Notes: a model not told the origin generated them from the letters alone. 24,361 nt of DNA from Candidatus Bathyarchaeota archaeon (GCA_026014845.1 JAOZHM010000069.1:1-24361), one strand, 5' to 3'. Shown: positions 8,971 to 18,160, counted from the first letter of the stretch. Made by a program: numbers and translations.

Positions 8971-9981
8971 ATGAATGCTTGGGAAGCCGCGAAAAACGCG
9001 TTAGAATGTGTTCTAGAAGCAAAAAGAGATGAAAGCATAGTCATTTTTTGTGACTATGAAAAGATGAGTATTGGTAAAGCCTTTGCAAATGGTGCCCTAA
9101 AGCTTGGTCTTCAAACGCGCTTAGTACAGTTGAAAACTGATGAAAATGTCCTGCGAAAGGAAGTTCCGCCGCAGATTATGAAAATTCTAACAAAGCAAAC
9201 GCCAGACATCTACATCAATCTTCTTCGTGGAACTCGTGAGGAAACGCAATTCAGGATAAAGCTCATAAAAATGGAGACTAAAGACCTTAAGGCACGTTTG
9301 GGACATTGTCCGGGCGTTACATTGGACATGTTGACTGAAGGAGCTTTAGCATTAACCACTGAAGAACATAAGCAGATGCAAGCCTTCGCGGACAAACTGA
9401 TTGAAAAGTTGAGCAAAGCAGTTAGAGTTGAAGTTATGAATTCTGCTGGAACAAACGTTTCATTAAGTGTGGAAGGAAGGTCCTTCTTTACAGACACGAA
9501 GATAGATTGGAAGACAATGAAGTGGATGAACCTTCCAACAGGCGAAGTGATAGTTGCTCCAGTAGAAAGTTCCCTTGAAGGCAGATTAGTGTGCGACATG
9601 GCTATAGGCGGAATAGGGCCTATAAAAACTCCAGTGGAAATAGCAGTCAAAAACGGTAAAGTTCAAGACGTTTCTTCTGCAGACACAGAAGTCTTGAGGA
9701 GGGCTAAAGGTTCGTTAAACACTGACGAGTGGTCAAATGTTGTGGGTGAATTTGCTTTTGGAATAAACTCTAAAGCAAGATTTGTTGAAGGGTTCATAGA
9801 AGCCGAAAAAATGCTGAATACAATCCATATAGCCTTTGGCAACAATTCAGACATGCCTGGCGGAAAAAACCCTTCTAAGAATCACATGGACTTTCTAGTA
9901 TCAAAACCTACTGTTAAGGTCTTTAACAAAGATGGCTCAAGCATTAACGTGATCACGAAAGGAGTTTTCCAGCATTTGTAG
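8971..9981 (+). CDS. M29-like (AmpS/aminopeptidase T-type) metallopeptidase
   Basis: NLPTGEV, GEFAFGIN, EAEK...TIHIAFG and NHMDF metal-ligand motifs. Confidence 0.85.
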   Translation: MNAWEAAKNALECVLEAKRDESIVIFCDYEKMSIGKAFANGALKLGLQTRLVQLKTDENVLRKEVPPQIMKILTKQTPDIYINLLRGTREETQFRIKLIKMETKDLKARLGHCPGVTLDMLTEGALALTTEEHKQMQAFADKLIEKLSKAVRVEVMNSAGTNVSLSVEGRSFFTDTKIDWKTMKWMNLPTGEVIVAPVESSLEGRLVCDMAIGGIGPIKTPVEIAVKNGKVQDVSSADTEVLRRAKGSLNTDEWSNVVGEFAFGINSKARFVEGFIEAEKMLNTIHIAFGNNSDMPGGKNPSKNHMDFLVSKPTVKVFNKDGSSINVITKGVFQHL

Positions 9982-10041
9982 ATAGAAATGATTAAAAACG
10001 CTTAAAATGGTAGATTCCTAATTTTATGAGGAGACTGAAAG

Positions 10042-10305
10042 ATGACTGAAGAGACAAGCGAAAAATTGCCCATATCTGACTTCTACAAAGTCATAGATTA
10101 CATTACAATTTTCAAGAGTGAGAAATGGTGGGAGGCAATAGTTGTTTTTGAATCCTTAGGCAAGCGGTCAATTGGCTTGTATCTTTGGCATAACCGAGAC
10201 GGCACATGGAAGAGAAAACACAAGTTTAACATCAGAAATCTTGATGAATGGAACAAGCTTAAGAACGCAATCGAACGGCTTACTCCAAAACTTGTTTCAA
10301 AATAG
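10042..10305 (+). CDS. Hypothetical protein, probable PC4/Sub1-like nucleic-acid-binding fold
   Basis: GAGGAG SD. Aromatic-rich beta strands followed by an amphipathic helix (DEWNKLKNAIERL). Confidence 0.7.
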   Translation: MTEETSEKLPISDFYKVIDYITIFKSEKWWEAIVVFESLGKRSIGLYLWHNRDGTWKRKHKFNIRNLDEWNKLKNAIERLTPKLVSK

Positions 10306-10404
10306 TCCGTTTTTCTGATTGTAGACTCTTATTCAGAATAAGAATCCAGAATTGAATAGTTTTATTAATTCACTCCAACAACAAAAACAAAAAGGGCGAA
10401 CACT

Positions 10405-10839
10405 ATGGAAGACGAACAGGAGACGCAAGAAGATATTCAAGTTCGGGAAGAAACATACATAGTTGAAGATGAGATAGAAGTACCTGAAGAGCAGAGGGTA
10501 GAACAAAAAGAGGAATATGTGGTTGCAGAGGAACCAACAGAGCAAAAGCAAGAACTTGAGAAAAAGGGCTTACTGCAGAACTTAATATCAATTAATCAAA
10601 GCGAAGACAAAAGCAGTTTCGTACATGGGCTTTCTGTGGGTCTTGGACTCGGTTGCATTGCAACCTTCATCATAATGTGGATTGTAGTATTCTTCTCTCC
10701 ACAACTGCCATCAACAGTCACGTACGAGGCCATGCTTTCAGTATTCATTTATCCTCTCATCTACCTGCTGGCAGTAGGTTTAATAGCGCTAACAGCTGGT
10801 ATAGTAAAAGAATACTACATTAGAAAAAGCAGCTTCTAA
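10405..10839 (+). CDS. Membrane protein with an acidic low-complexity N-terminus and two TM helices
   Basis: Glu-rich first ~50 aa, two long hydrophobic segments and a basic C-terminal tail. Confidence 0.75.
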   Translation: MEDEQETQEDIQVREETYIVEDEIEVPEEQRVEQKEEYVVAEEPTEQKQELEKKGLLQNLISINQSEDKSSFVHGLSVGLGLGCIATFIIMWIVVFFSPQLPSTVTYEAMLSVFIYPLIYLLAVGLIALTAGIVKEYYIRKSSF

Positions 10840-10906
10840 GCCAACCTTCAAAATCATGCGTGTCTCTTTGCTGACAAACAATTATAATAACCTATTAGCC
10901 TAACTT

Positions 10907-11554
10907 ATGATCGTGAAACTCATGCCTCACGGGTTCAAACAAATTTTAGAGAAAGTCGCGGGTGAAAAGGCTCCAGGTCCATCTCCAACATTCTCCGTAT
11001 TCCATATGTTACGTGCCATAGAACTCATAGCCAAGAAGGCAATCGGTCGTAGCAAACTCGCCGAAGAACTAGCAGTCGGAGAAGGCGCAATGCGCACGAT
11101 GATCAACCGATTAAAAGATGCCGGGTTAATCACAACCTCGAAATTAGGCTGCAGCCTCACAAGTAAGGGCCTGAAGCTTTGGAATGAGTACAAAACGGTT
11201 TTTGGGAGGAAAGTTGGGATTGGAAAGAGCGAGCTCACGCTTGCAGACTACAATTTTGCAATTCTGGTCAAGAACCGTGGGCATAAAGTTAAATCAGGTA
11301 TGGAGCAACGTGACGCAGCCATAATGGTTGGCGCAAAGGGTGCCACAACAATAATGTTCAGGGCGGAACGCTTAATCATTCCATCTGTAAGCGATAATAT
11401 TGCCAAGGATTTTCCAAAAGCGGCGAACCAGATGGTTAGGCTTCTTCAGCCTGAAGAGAACGACGTAATGGTTGTTGGAGGTGCCGATAGTCTAATAAAA
11501 GCGGAATACGGTGCATTGGCAGCCGCTTGGACCCTTGTTAACGATTGCGGTTAA
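10907..11554 (+). CDS. Winged-helix protein with DUF4443-like C-terminal domain
   Basis: IGRSKLAEELAVGEGAMRTMINRLKDAGLI wHTH, then GMEQRDAAIMVGAKGATT. TATA-like ATTATAATA lies about 20 nt upstream. Confidence 0.75.
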   Translation: MIVKLMPHGFKQILEKVAGEKAPGPSPTFSVFHMLRAIELIAKKAIGRSKLAEELAVGEGAMRTMINRLKDAGLITTSKLGCSLTSKGLKLWNEYKTVFGRKVGIGKSELTLADYNFAILVKNRGHKVKSGMEQRDAAIMVGAKGATTIMFRAERLIIPSVSDNIAKDFPKAANQMVRLLQPEENDVMVVGGADSLIKAEYGALAAAWTLVNDCG

Positions 11555-12312
11555 TACGTGTATTTTTCTCCTCCAGCCAAAACCCGTTCCAAAGCCGTGT
11601 TGAAATTTATTATTCCCTCGTTTGTTTTAGCCGACACTGGAACGAGCAAAAACCTTAAACCAAGCTGGTAAATTGCCCGCATCATGTTTCTGCTGAGCAG
11701 ACGCCTTGTTCCTGTAAGTTTCTGGTCAATTGAATTTTCCAAAGCCCGTGGACTAGCTGACCAGTCCACAACTTTGTTGACGTCCTCTTTTGGAAGCAAA
11801 TCGGATTTCGACAAGAGGTGCACTTGGGGGACAAGGAAACGATTCTGGACAGCTGCTGAAAGGAAAAGGTTTGAAACATAATTGAGCGGGTTAAATGAAA
11901 AAGCGGCATCAAACAAATAGACTATAGCCTTGGGTTCCTTCGTGAGTTCCTTGGCGATGTATGGTCCGCTTGATCTGAAAGCGAATAACTCCATCTGCCC
12001 AGAGGTGTCCACCAAAACGATGTCAGATTTTAAGTCTTCAATTTCCTTTGAAATTTCATCAATTTCGTCTGCAATTAAATCTGCAGCCATTATCGCAGCA
12101 CCATTTGGTCCTAAACCATATTTCTCCATCAAATCTCCCACATTTACGTAGTTTCGAACGTCCACATCAGGCGAATATGGAAGTTTTAAGGCTCCTGGAT
12201 CCAGATTCACAACCGTAACATTCTGTTTTGACATTTTTAGCCATTCACTGAAGGATGCTGTGAGTAGAGACTTTCCAGATCCCGCTGTTCCTATAATGAA
12301 GACAATAAACAT
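11551..12312 (-). CDS. GPN-loop GTPase (archaeal ATP/GTP-binding protein)
   Basis: GTAGSGKS P-loop, NLDPG, LGPNG signature, DTSGQ (G3), SKSD (G4), VSA (G5). Confidence 0.93.
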   Translation of the reverse strand: MFIVFIIGTAGSGKSLLTASFSEWLKMSKQNVTVVNLDPGALKLPYSPDVDVRNYVNVGDLMEKYGLGPNGAAIMAADLIADEIDEISKEIEDLKSDIVLVDTSGQMELFAFRSSGPYIAKELTKEPKAIVYLFDAAFSFNPLNYVSNLFLSAAVQNRFLVPQVHLLSKSDLLPKEDVNKVVDWSASPRALENSIDQKLTGTRRLLSRNMMRAIYQLGLRFLLVPVSAKTNEGIINFNTALERVLAGGEKYTY

Positions 12313-12384
12313 TTTATCATTCCCTACTTAACAAGACAATGTTTGTTTAGTCTCAAACTCGTTCTTGCGTAAAAGCCTTTTCGC

Positions 12385-13521
12385 TTATAAAGGAATTTCT
12401 GGAGGCTGCGGCTCTTGCACTTCTTGTTGGCTTCGTCTTGACATTAAAAACACAACTGTGCCCACGCAGACCAAAACCATAGTAATAGCCAACAGAAAAA
12501 TGAAGAATGTAGATAAAACCATCACGCTTTGAATTTGGCTGTCACCACCAGTGTAATCGTTATCTCCAGACCAGCTTGCACGGATATAACACACACCGGC
12601 AACTTCTGCATTCCAGGCATATGCAAATCGTCCATTAGAATCCGTTGTAACTGTATCTAAAACGGTCCAAGCTAAATTGTTTGTTTTAGTGTAAACAGTG
12701 ACCGTTTTGTTTTGTAAGGATGGTGAGAGTTGTCCCGAAAGTGTGATAGTGCTTCCTTGAATAACATTTGTGGATGAAATTGTTAACCATATTTCCGACG
12801 ACTCCAAAGTTTCATAGCTTGCGCAAACCTGCCCTGAAACTTCTTGTTCACAGTTTTCAAGGGTTATCACCTCTGGAAAGGCACGCTTTAAATCATTTGG
12901 ACATTCACCAATTCTCCAACCATTTTTCCAGTTATCTCCCGTACATTCAGCAACATAATACTGAATGTCATTGCACGTAACATAGTAGGCTTGACCTCTA
13001 ACATCATCCGGTGTATATGAAAGATGGACACCGACGTTCATGTGAGCTTCGCTTTCGTAGTATAGAAGCACAACATCAAGCCCACCAGCTTTCATGATTG
13101 AACATGCGATGTAGGAAAAGAGGTCGCAGTCGCCCTTGTTTTCCACGATTGTTTCTACAGGATATTTCACAGGCAAAGTCGCATCGTAGGGTATTTGATG
13201 CACGATCATCAGAACCCCGTTTGCGAAATTCTCATCGTTTGTGTAAATTTCCCATAAGCTATCGGCAATGGGTTTCAAAGCGTAGGGAGTAACGAACTTG
13301 GCAAAATCATGGTTTGAACCAAGCGTGTGACTTTTTTCATGGTGATATTCAAAAAGCGACTGTGAAACCACTACATTTAGCCTGTAATACATTGAACCGT
13401 TTGGACTGTCCAAAAGCTGGTAGGACTCGCTGTGGTTTTCTGATAGGCAATGTGGAAACAGATAAGAAAACGTGATCAAAACCGTTACTATCACGAGTGT
13501 TTCTGAAAGCTTAAGATGCAT
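12385..13521 (-). CDS. Secreted, C-terminally anchored protein with a transglutaminase-like Cys-protease domain and an Ig-like domain
   Basis: Signal peptide, GDCDLFS (Cys), AHMNVGV (His), YYVAECT (Glu), Ig-like TITLSGQLSP...VTTDSNGRFAYAW...ASWSGD and a C-terminal TM helix. Confidence 0.75.
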   Translation of the reverse strand: MHLKLSETLVIVTVLITFSYLFPHCLSENHSESYQLLDSPNGSMYYRLNVVVSQSLFEYHHEKSHTLGSNHDFAKFVTPYALKPIADSLWEIYTNDENFANGVLMIVHQIPYDATLPVKYPVETIVENKGDCDLFSYIACSIMKAGGLDVVLLYYESEAHMNVGVHLSYTPDDVRGQAYYVTCNDIQYYVAECTGDNWKNGWRIGECPNDLKRAFPEVITLENCEQEVSGQVCASYETLESSEIWLTISSTNVIQGSTITLSGQLSPSLQNKTVTVYTKTNNLAWTVLDTVTTDSNGRFAYAWNAEVAGVCYIRASWSGDNDYTGGDSQIQSVMVLSTFFIFLLAITMVLVCVGTVVFLMSRRSQQEVQEPQPPEIPL

Positions 13522-13844
13522 GACAGATCTGAAAAAATTATTGTAAGCATGATTTATTTCCCTTATGAACCATCACGCAATTTTCACGTTTATTATTCTG
13601 GATAAGGATTATCGGTAGTGTATGGACTGGAACGGAGCAGTTGAGTTGAAAATTGGCTCGGCGCAAGGGCTGAATATGAATAAACAAAGGGTAGCTACAA
13701 GAGAAACATCCGAATTTCACAAGTTTCATAAGAAAAGATGGGACACAGATATTTTCAACCGTCTCACCTCAGTGTCCAGCCTGACCCTGATCGTAACCAA
13801 ATGAACCTGATACTTTGGCAAACAAAACTTTTTGGCAAAACGAA

Positions 13845-14666
13845 CTACTTTTTCTTTTTAGGTTTGATTTTTCCGTCGTCCTTTTGCACGAGTTCTGATA
13901 ACTGAATTATCGCCTTTCCTAAACGATTTTTAGCGGTTTTAGAGCTTTCAGCTGTTGTTGAAAAGTGAATTTCTATGTGCGGTTTTCTCTCCTCACCCTT
14001 TGGATGAGACTTTATGTAAACATGTGGGTTGTCATGCATTGTCTTGTCAATTAAAGGAGCTAGAGCCGATTCCATGATGCCGTCTGCATATATACTTGTT
14101 TCAAAAAACGTAAATCCACCAGTCTCCTTCTTAATCAAATGTGCAACAGACCCTTCAAAAATGGCTTCCATTTCCGCAGGGACACCTGGCAGGGCTATCA
14201 AAAAAGTTCCTCCCACATTTATTATCACGCCGGGAGCCGTGCCAACAGAGTTAGGCAGTGGTTCTGCTTTTTCTGGGAGTCTTGCCATCTTTATTCTTGC
14301 CGGTGTTAACTCAACCCTTTCCATTTTTCCCTCTCGATAATAAGTCTCATATTTCTCTCTGACCATTTTCAAAGCTTTTTCATCAACTTCCAATTTACGG
14401 TTCAGAGCTTTAGCTATTCCCTCCAAAGTTTTGTCGTCAAAGGTTGGACCTAATCCTCCAGTTGTTATTATGAACTTTGGTTTCCTCTTCAGAGCTTCAC
14501 ACACAACGCTTGCAATTTCGCTAACATCGTCGCCTACAACTGTTATTCGTTTCACCATTATTCCGAACGTGGTGGCACGTTTGGCTAGCCAATGGGCGTT
14601 TGTGTTCAATGTTTTGCCAATTAACAGTTCGTTGCCTATGCCGATTATTTCCATTTGTTGATTCAT
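13845..14666 (-). CDS. CinA N-terminal-like molybdopterin-binding-domain protein (COG1058), no PncC domain
   Basis: IGNELLIGKTLNTNAHWLA, VVGDD, TTGGLGPTFDDKT, GTAPG, LPGVPAEM. GGTGA SD. Confidence 0.9.
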   Translation of the reverse strand: MNQQMEIIGIGNELLIGKTLNTNAHWLAKRATTFGIMVKRITVVGDDVSEIASVVCEALKRKPKFIITTGGLGPTFDDKTLEGIAKALNRKLEVDEKALKMVREKYETYYREGKMERVELTPARIKMARLPEKAEPLPNSVGTAPGVIINVGGTFLIALPGVPAEMEAIFEGSVAHLIKKETGGFTFFETSIYADGIMESALAPLIDKTMHDNPHVYIKSHPKGEERKPHIEIHFSTTAESSKTAKNRLGKAIIQLSELVQKDDGKIKPKKKK

Positions 14667-14761
14667 TTTTTCACCTTTAAGGTTAAAACATTACAAGATA
14701 AACCAGTTTTGCCCTTTTTATGCTGTTTGCTAACTTACTGCTTAAAACGCTAAGTGCATTG

Positions 14762-14968
14762 TTATTTTTTCTTGCTAAGCCACCATTTTAGGTAATCTTT
14801 TCTCCGTTGTTTCCGCTGATCTTCGCCGCTTTCAAATACAGGTCTTAATTTACGTCTCAGTTCCATCAGTTCTTGACGTGTAACAGATAGTCCGCAGCTT
14901 TTGCACACGTAGCGTTTAGTCGCTAACATATATTGCATTTCGCCACCACATTCTGGGCAATAGGGCAT
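14762..14968 (-). CDS. Small zinc-ribbon protein with a basic C-terminal helix
   Basis: CPECG...CKSCG and a K/R-rich tail ending YLKWWLSKKK. Confidence 0.8.
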   Translation of the reverse strand: MPYCPECGGEMQYMLATKRYVCKSCGLSVTRQELMELRRKLRPVFESGEDQRKQRRKDYLKWWLSKKK

Positions 14969-15052
14969 TTTAAATCACTATTTCTATTTCTAGAAGTGAA
15001 CGTGCCCTGAGAAATAGCTTTCGCTTATTTGCCTATTTTATTACTATGCATT

Positions 15053-16144
15053 TCAGGTTATGAAATTTGTTAGATTCGCTTCTCTAGCCAGTTGAATAGC
15101 TATTTTCTTTTCGTCTCTTGTCAGTCTTCTGCGTATTTCTGGAATTTCATACGCTTTCCACTCTGGTCTGTACTGAAACATTACGTTTACTCTTGTGTCT
15201 GTGCCCAGATTTCTAGCCATCCAATTTATGATAGATTTTGCGCAGCATTCCAAATGGCTTGGCAAAACAAGTATGCGTATTATTAGTTCACCGTACTTTT
15301 TGGCTTCTAAATGGTTTCGTGTGCATGCTCCCCAATAGTTTGGGGCGTTTGAAATTTTTTCGGCACACCCATCTGGTCCATACTTGAAGTCTAATAGGTA
15401 AACGTCAACGAATCCTGCTAAGAGCCGTCCTGTTTCCGGACTATAGTAGCTGTTAGAGTTCCAAACAACTGGAATGTTTTTGTTGACGTGGTTGAATGTT
15501 TCAAGCCACTGTTCCAGCCACGGCGTCGGCTCCCCTCCTACAAGATTTGCGTTTCTGCACCCGTTCATGCGTAACTGTTCAACTTCTCTTGCTAGTTCTT
15601 CCGGCTTGTAAACTTCACCCTTCTCTACCCATTGGGATATCGTCCAGTTTTGGCAGTGGCGGCAACGCATTGTACAGCCTATTGTGAAAATAGTGCCGGA
15701 AGGAACTAGTTCAGGTTCTTCGCCCATGTGTTCAAAAATGCTTGAAACCGTTATTTCAGTTCCGCACCTACAGTAGCCCAATTCACCTTTAGATCTGTTA
15801 ATCTCACATCTTCGAGTGCAGAAATGACAATTCGTGAGAATTCTTGTTGCAATCTCAATTTTCAAATCTAAATAGGATTTTTCCGGATTTGGCATGTTCT
15901 GCAGACTTTCTTGACGAGTATCAATTTCTCTCTCAATTCTGTAAAATTTCTGTGTAAGTCTTCCGTGTTCTTGCCAAAGCTCTCCTATAGAATCGTATTC
16001 ATCGAATTGTGCTGGAAGCTTTTTGGCTATCCTAAACTTCGCTGGTTTTTCATCCTGCATGACGGAGAAGTATCTTGCTAGGCTTTTTCTTGCCATTTTA
16101 TCGTTCAGCACTCTCACTGCATCTCGGCGTAAGATTCTCCACAT
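15053..16144 (-). CDS. Radical SAM protein, PflX/COG1313-like (activase-like)
   Basis: CTMRCRHC (CxxxCxxC), N-terminal CHFCTRRC...GYC cluster, GEEPELVPSGTIF, VGGEPTP, DVYLLDFKYG. Confidence 0.88.
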   Translation of the reverse strand: MWRILRRDAVRVLNDKMARKSLARYFSVMQDEKPAKFRIAKKLPAQFDEYDSIGELWQEHGRLTQKFYRIEREIDTRQESLQNMPNPEKSYLDLKIEIATRILTNCHFCTRRCEINRSKGELGYCRCGTEITVSSIFEHMGEEPELVPSGTIFTIGCTMRCRHCQNWTISQWVEKGEVYKPEELAREVEQLRMNGCRNANLVGGEPTPWLEQWLETFNHVNKNIPVVWNSNSYYSPETGRLLAGFVDVYLLDFKYGPDGCAEKISNAPNYWGACTRNHLEAKKYGELIIRILVLPSHLECCAKSIINWMARNLGTDTRVNVMFQYRPEWKAYEIPEIRRRLTRDEKKIAIQLAREANLTNFIT

Positions 16145-16176
16145 ACCAGTTCAATCTAATCTGGGCTAAGGAATTA

Positions 16177-17232
16177 TTAAAACAAGGCGTATGGGTAAGC
16201 GTATCCGCTTGTATGCAATTTGCCTTTAATTGGGATTTCTTGTCCGCATGCTGGGCAACGCATGTCCTTTGTTAAATTCCATTTTGCGATTTCAAAGCTG
16301 AAACGTTTAATCAGTAATTCGTTGCAGTTTGGACAGTACGTGTTTTCATATGGGTGTTCAGGCACGTTCCCCATATAAACGTAGTTTAATCCCGCTTCCT
16401 TCACGGCGGCATACGCTTTTTCTAAAGTTTTGACTGGCGTGGACGGAATGGTTGTCAATTGGTAGTCTGGATGGAAACGCAACAAGTGAAAAGGCGTGTC
16501 TTTTCCAAGTGCATTCTTTGTCCAAGCTGCAAGCTCCTTTATCCTCTCAATGGAATTTCCTTTCTTAGGCACAACTAAATTTGTGATTTCTATGTGAATG
16601 TCGTTTTTTTTCATTTCCTTTAAAGACTCATAGATTGGCTCAACTGATGGAACCGCTGAAAAATTTTTGTAGAAGTCTGGCGCTCCTCCACCTTTAAAGT
16701 CTACCGTTGCCGCGTCCAAATAAGGTGCTATTGTTTTTACTGCTTCCGGAGTCATATAACCATTTGTTACAAAGGTGTTGAAGAATCCTAATTGGTGGGC
16801 AAGCTTGGCAGTGTCGTAGGCGTACTCGAAGAATATGGTTGGCTCTGTGTAAGTGTAGCTTATTCCTTGACAGCCGTTATCTTTTGTAGCTTTGACAACT
16901 TCTTCTGGTGGGAAATATCTACCCGCTATCTTCTTCTCTTGGCTTATCATCCAATTGTCACAGAATTTACAGCGGAAGTTGCAGCCAATAGTGGCAATAG
17001 ACATGACCAAAGCTCCCGGATTGAAGTGCGAAAGCGGCTTCTTCCCTATTGGGTCTGCGCAGGCGGATATCGCCTTTGCATAAACAAGCGAAAAAAGTGT
17101 TCCCCCTTCATTTTTCCTAACGAGACAGAAACCTAATGCGCCGTCTTTTATCAAGCATCTTCTAGCACACAGATTGCATCTAACCTTCCTGTCTTCCAAT
17201 TTTTCGTAAAGCATAGCTTCATGCAACGACAT
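16177..17232 (-). CDS. AmmeMemoRadiSam-system radical SAM enzyme
   Basis: CNLCARRC...GFC, DPIGKKPLSHFNPG, GCNFRCKFCDNW, SYTYTEPT, FHLLRFHPDY, C-terminal CPNC and CPAC. Confidence 0.9.
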   Translation of the reverse strand: MSLHEAMLYEKLEDRKVRCNLCARRCLIKDGALGFCLVRKNEGGTLFSLVYAKAISACADPIGKKPLSHFNPGALVMSIATIGCNFRCKFCDNWMISQEKKIAGRYFPPEEVVKATKDNGCQGISYTYTEPTIFFEYAYDTAKLAHQLGFFNTFVTNGYMTPEAVKTIAPYLDAATVDFKGGGAPDFYKNFSAVPSVEPIYESLKEMKKNDIHIEITNLVVPKKGNSIERIKELAAWTKNALGKDTPFHLLRFHPDYQLTTIPSTPVKTLEKAYAAVKEAGLNYVYMGNVPEHPYENTYCPNCNELLIKRFSFEIAKWNLTKDMRCPACGQEIPIKGKLHTSGYAYPYALF

Positions 17233-17280
17233 TTAAATCTCTTCCATTCTGTGTATGTTTTTGTCTTCGAGGTATATGAT

Positions 17281-17874
17281 TCATTCGCTTGCTGCTAAAT
17301 CCGCATTTTCCTTAATCTCGAAAACAAATGGTGAAGTAGAGGTTTTTATATCCAGTTCTGTGTCGAGTAAGCCTTCTAAAAAGCCAGCCCAAATTTCGGA
17401 GTGACTGATAAACGGGGCTTTTACAAGAATATACTTGTCTCTTAAGTAAAAGTCTCCAAAACCCTGCACTCTTAATCGTTTAAAAACTTCTTGCCATTTT
17501 TCTCGATTTGCTGTTTGAATGCCAAGTGTTGCTTCCATAGAAATTCTTGCGGCTTCACCCATTTTCCTTCCGATTTCACGCCATTTTTCCTCTGGGATGT
17601 GCTGAATGAGAATGTTGATTAACTCTACATTTACGAATGCTATGCGGCTTATACCACAATAATATTCTCCGGGGAAACGCCAATCATAAATCATCATGCT
17701 TCTGTAAATGTCAAGCATCTTAGAAATTAGGGGCTTAATGCCTGGTTCTTTGCCCTCTCGAATTAGAGAGTCGATAAATTCTCGTTCCTCTTCCTCCAGA
17801 ATTATAGTCGTTCTTTTGACTGACTTCTTTTTCTTCTTTAACAGTTGTTCGATTTTCTTATCGTTTTCTTGCAT
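17281..17874 (-). CDS. Probable ribbon-helix-helix protein with a V4R/TRAPP-like ligand-binding domain
   Basis: KRTTIILEEEEREFID (RHH-like strand and helix). WREIGRKMGE and QGFGDF recall V4R/HNOB-type folds. The fold call is inference. Confidence 0.55.
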   Translation of the reverse strand: MQENDKKIEQLLKKKKKSVKRTTIILEEEEREFIDSLIREGKEPGIKPLISKMLDIYRSMMIYDWRFPGEYYCGISRIAFVNVELINILIQHIPEEKWREIGRKMGEAARISMEATLGIQTANREKWQEVFKRLRVQGFGDFYLRDKYILVKAPFISHSEIWAGFLEGLLDTELDIKTSTSPFVFEIKENADLAASE

Positions 17875-18160
17875 AGCTGTTATTTCCCCTAATATATCTT
17901 ATATGCTTTACTCTCTCCCAAGCGTGCACATCTCTATACATGAAAGAGGTTGTATTTGGGCGGCCTTTATTATCGTGCTGTGTAAGAAAAACTCGCGTGT
18001 TTTCAAATCAGATGCCAGACCAGTTAGGCCAGGCCAGCCCAGTTCAAATACCACCTCCTTATTTGTGTGGCTGCAGAAGTTTCCCTACGTCGATTCTGAT
18101 CTTATCTAGATCATACATAATTTTCTGCCAAAGACCCATTTCTATTTGAGACGTAGACTG

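Noticed and set aside
950-9854. Alternative-frame and antisense ORFs in the track (950-1183, 1887-2219, 4164-4346, 4498-4680, 4788-4994, 5643-5957, 6182-6364, 6683-6955, 6730-7074, 9210-9650, 9663-9854)
   Set aside because: They lie almost wholly within well-supported genes and have no recognisable motifs or initiation signals.
10333-18149. Further shadow ORFs (10333-10591, 10927-11238, 11682-12151, 12768-13292, 13538-13804, 14029-14661, 15092-15687, 16075-17136, 17708-18149)
   Set aside because: They overlap real genes or have non-protein-like composition, consistent with chance ORFs.
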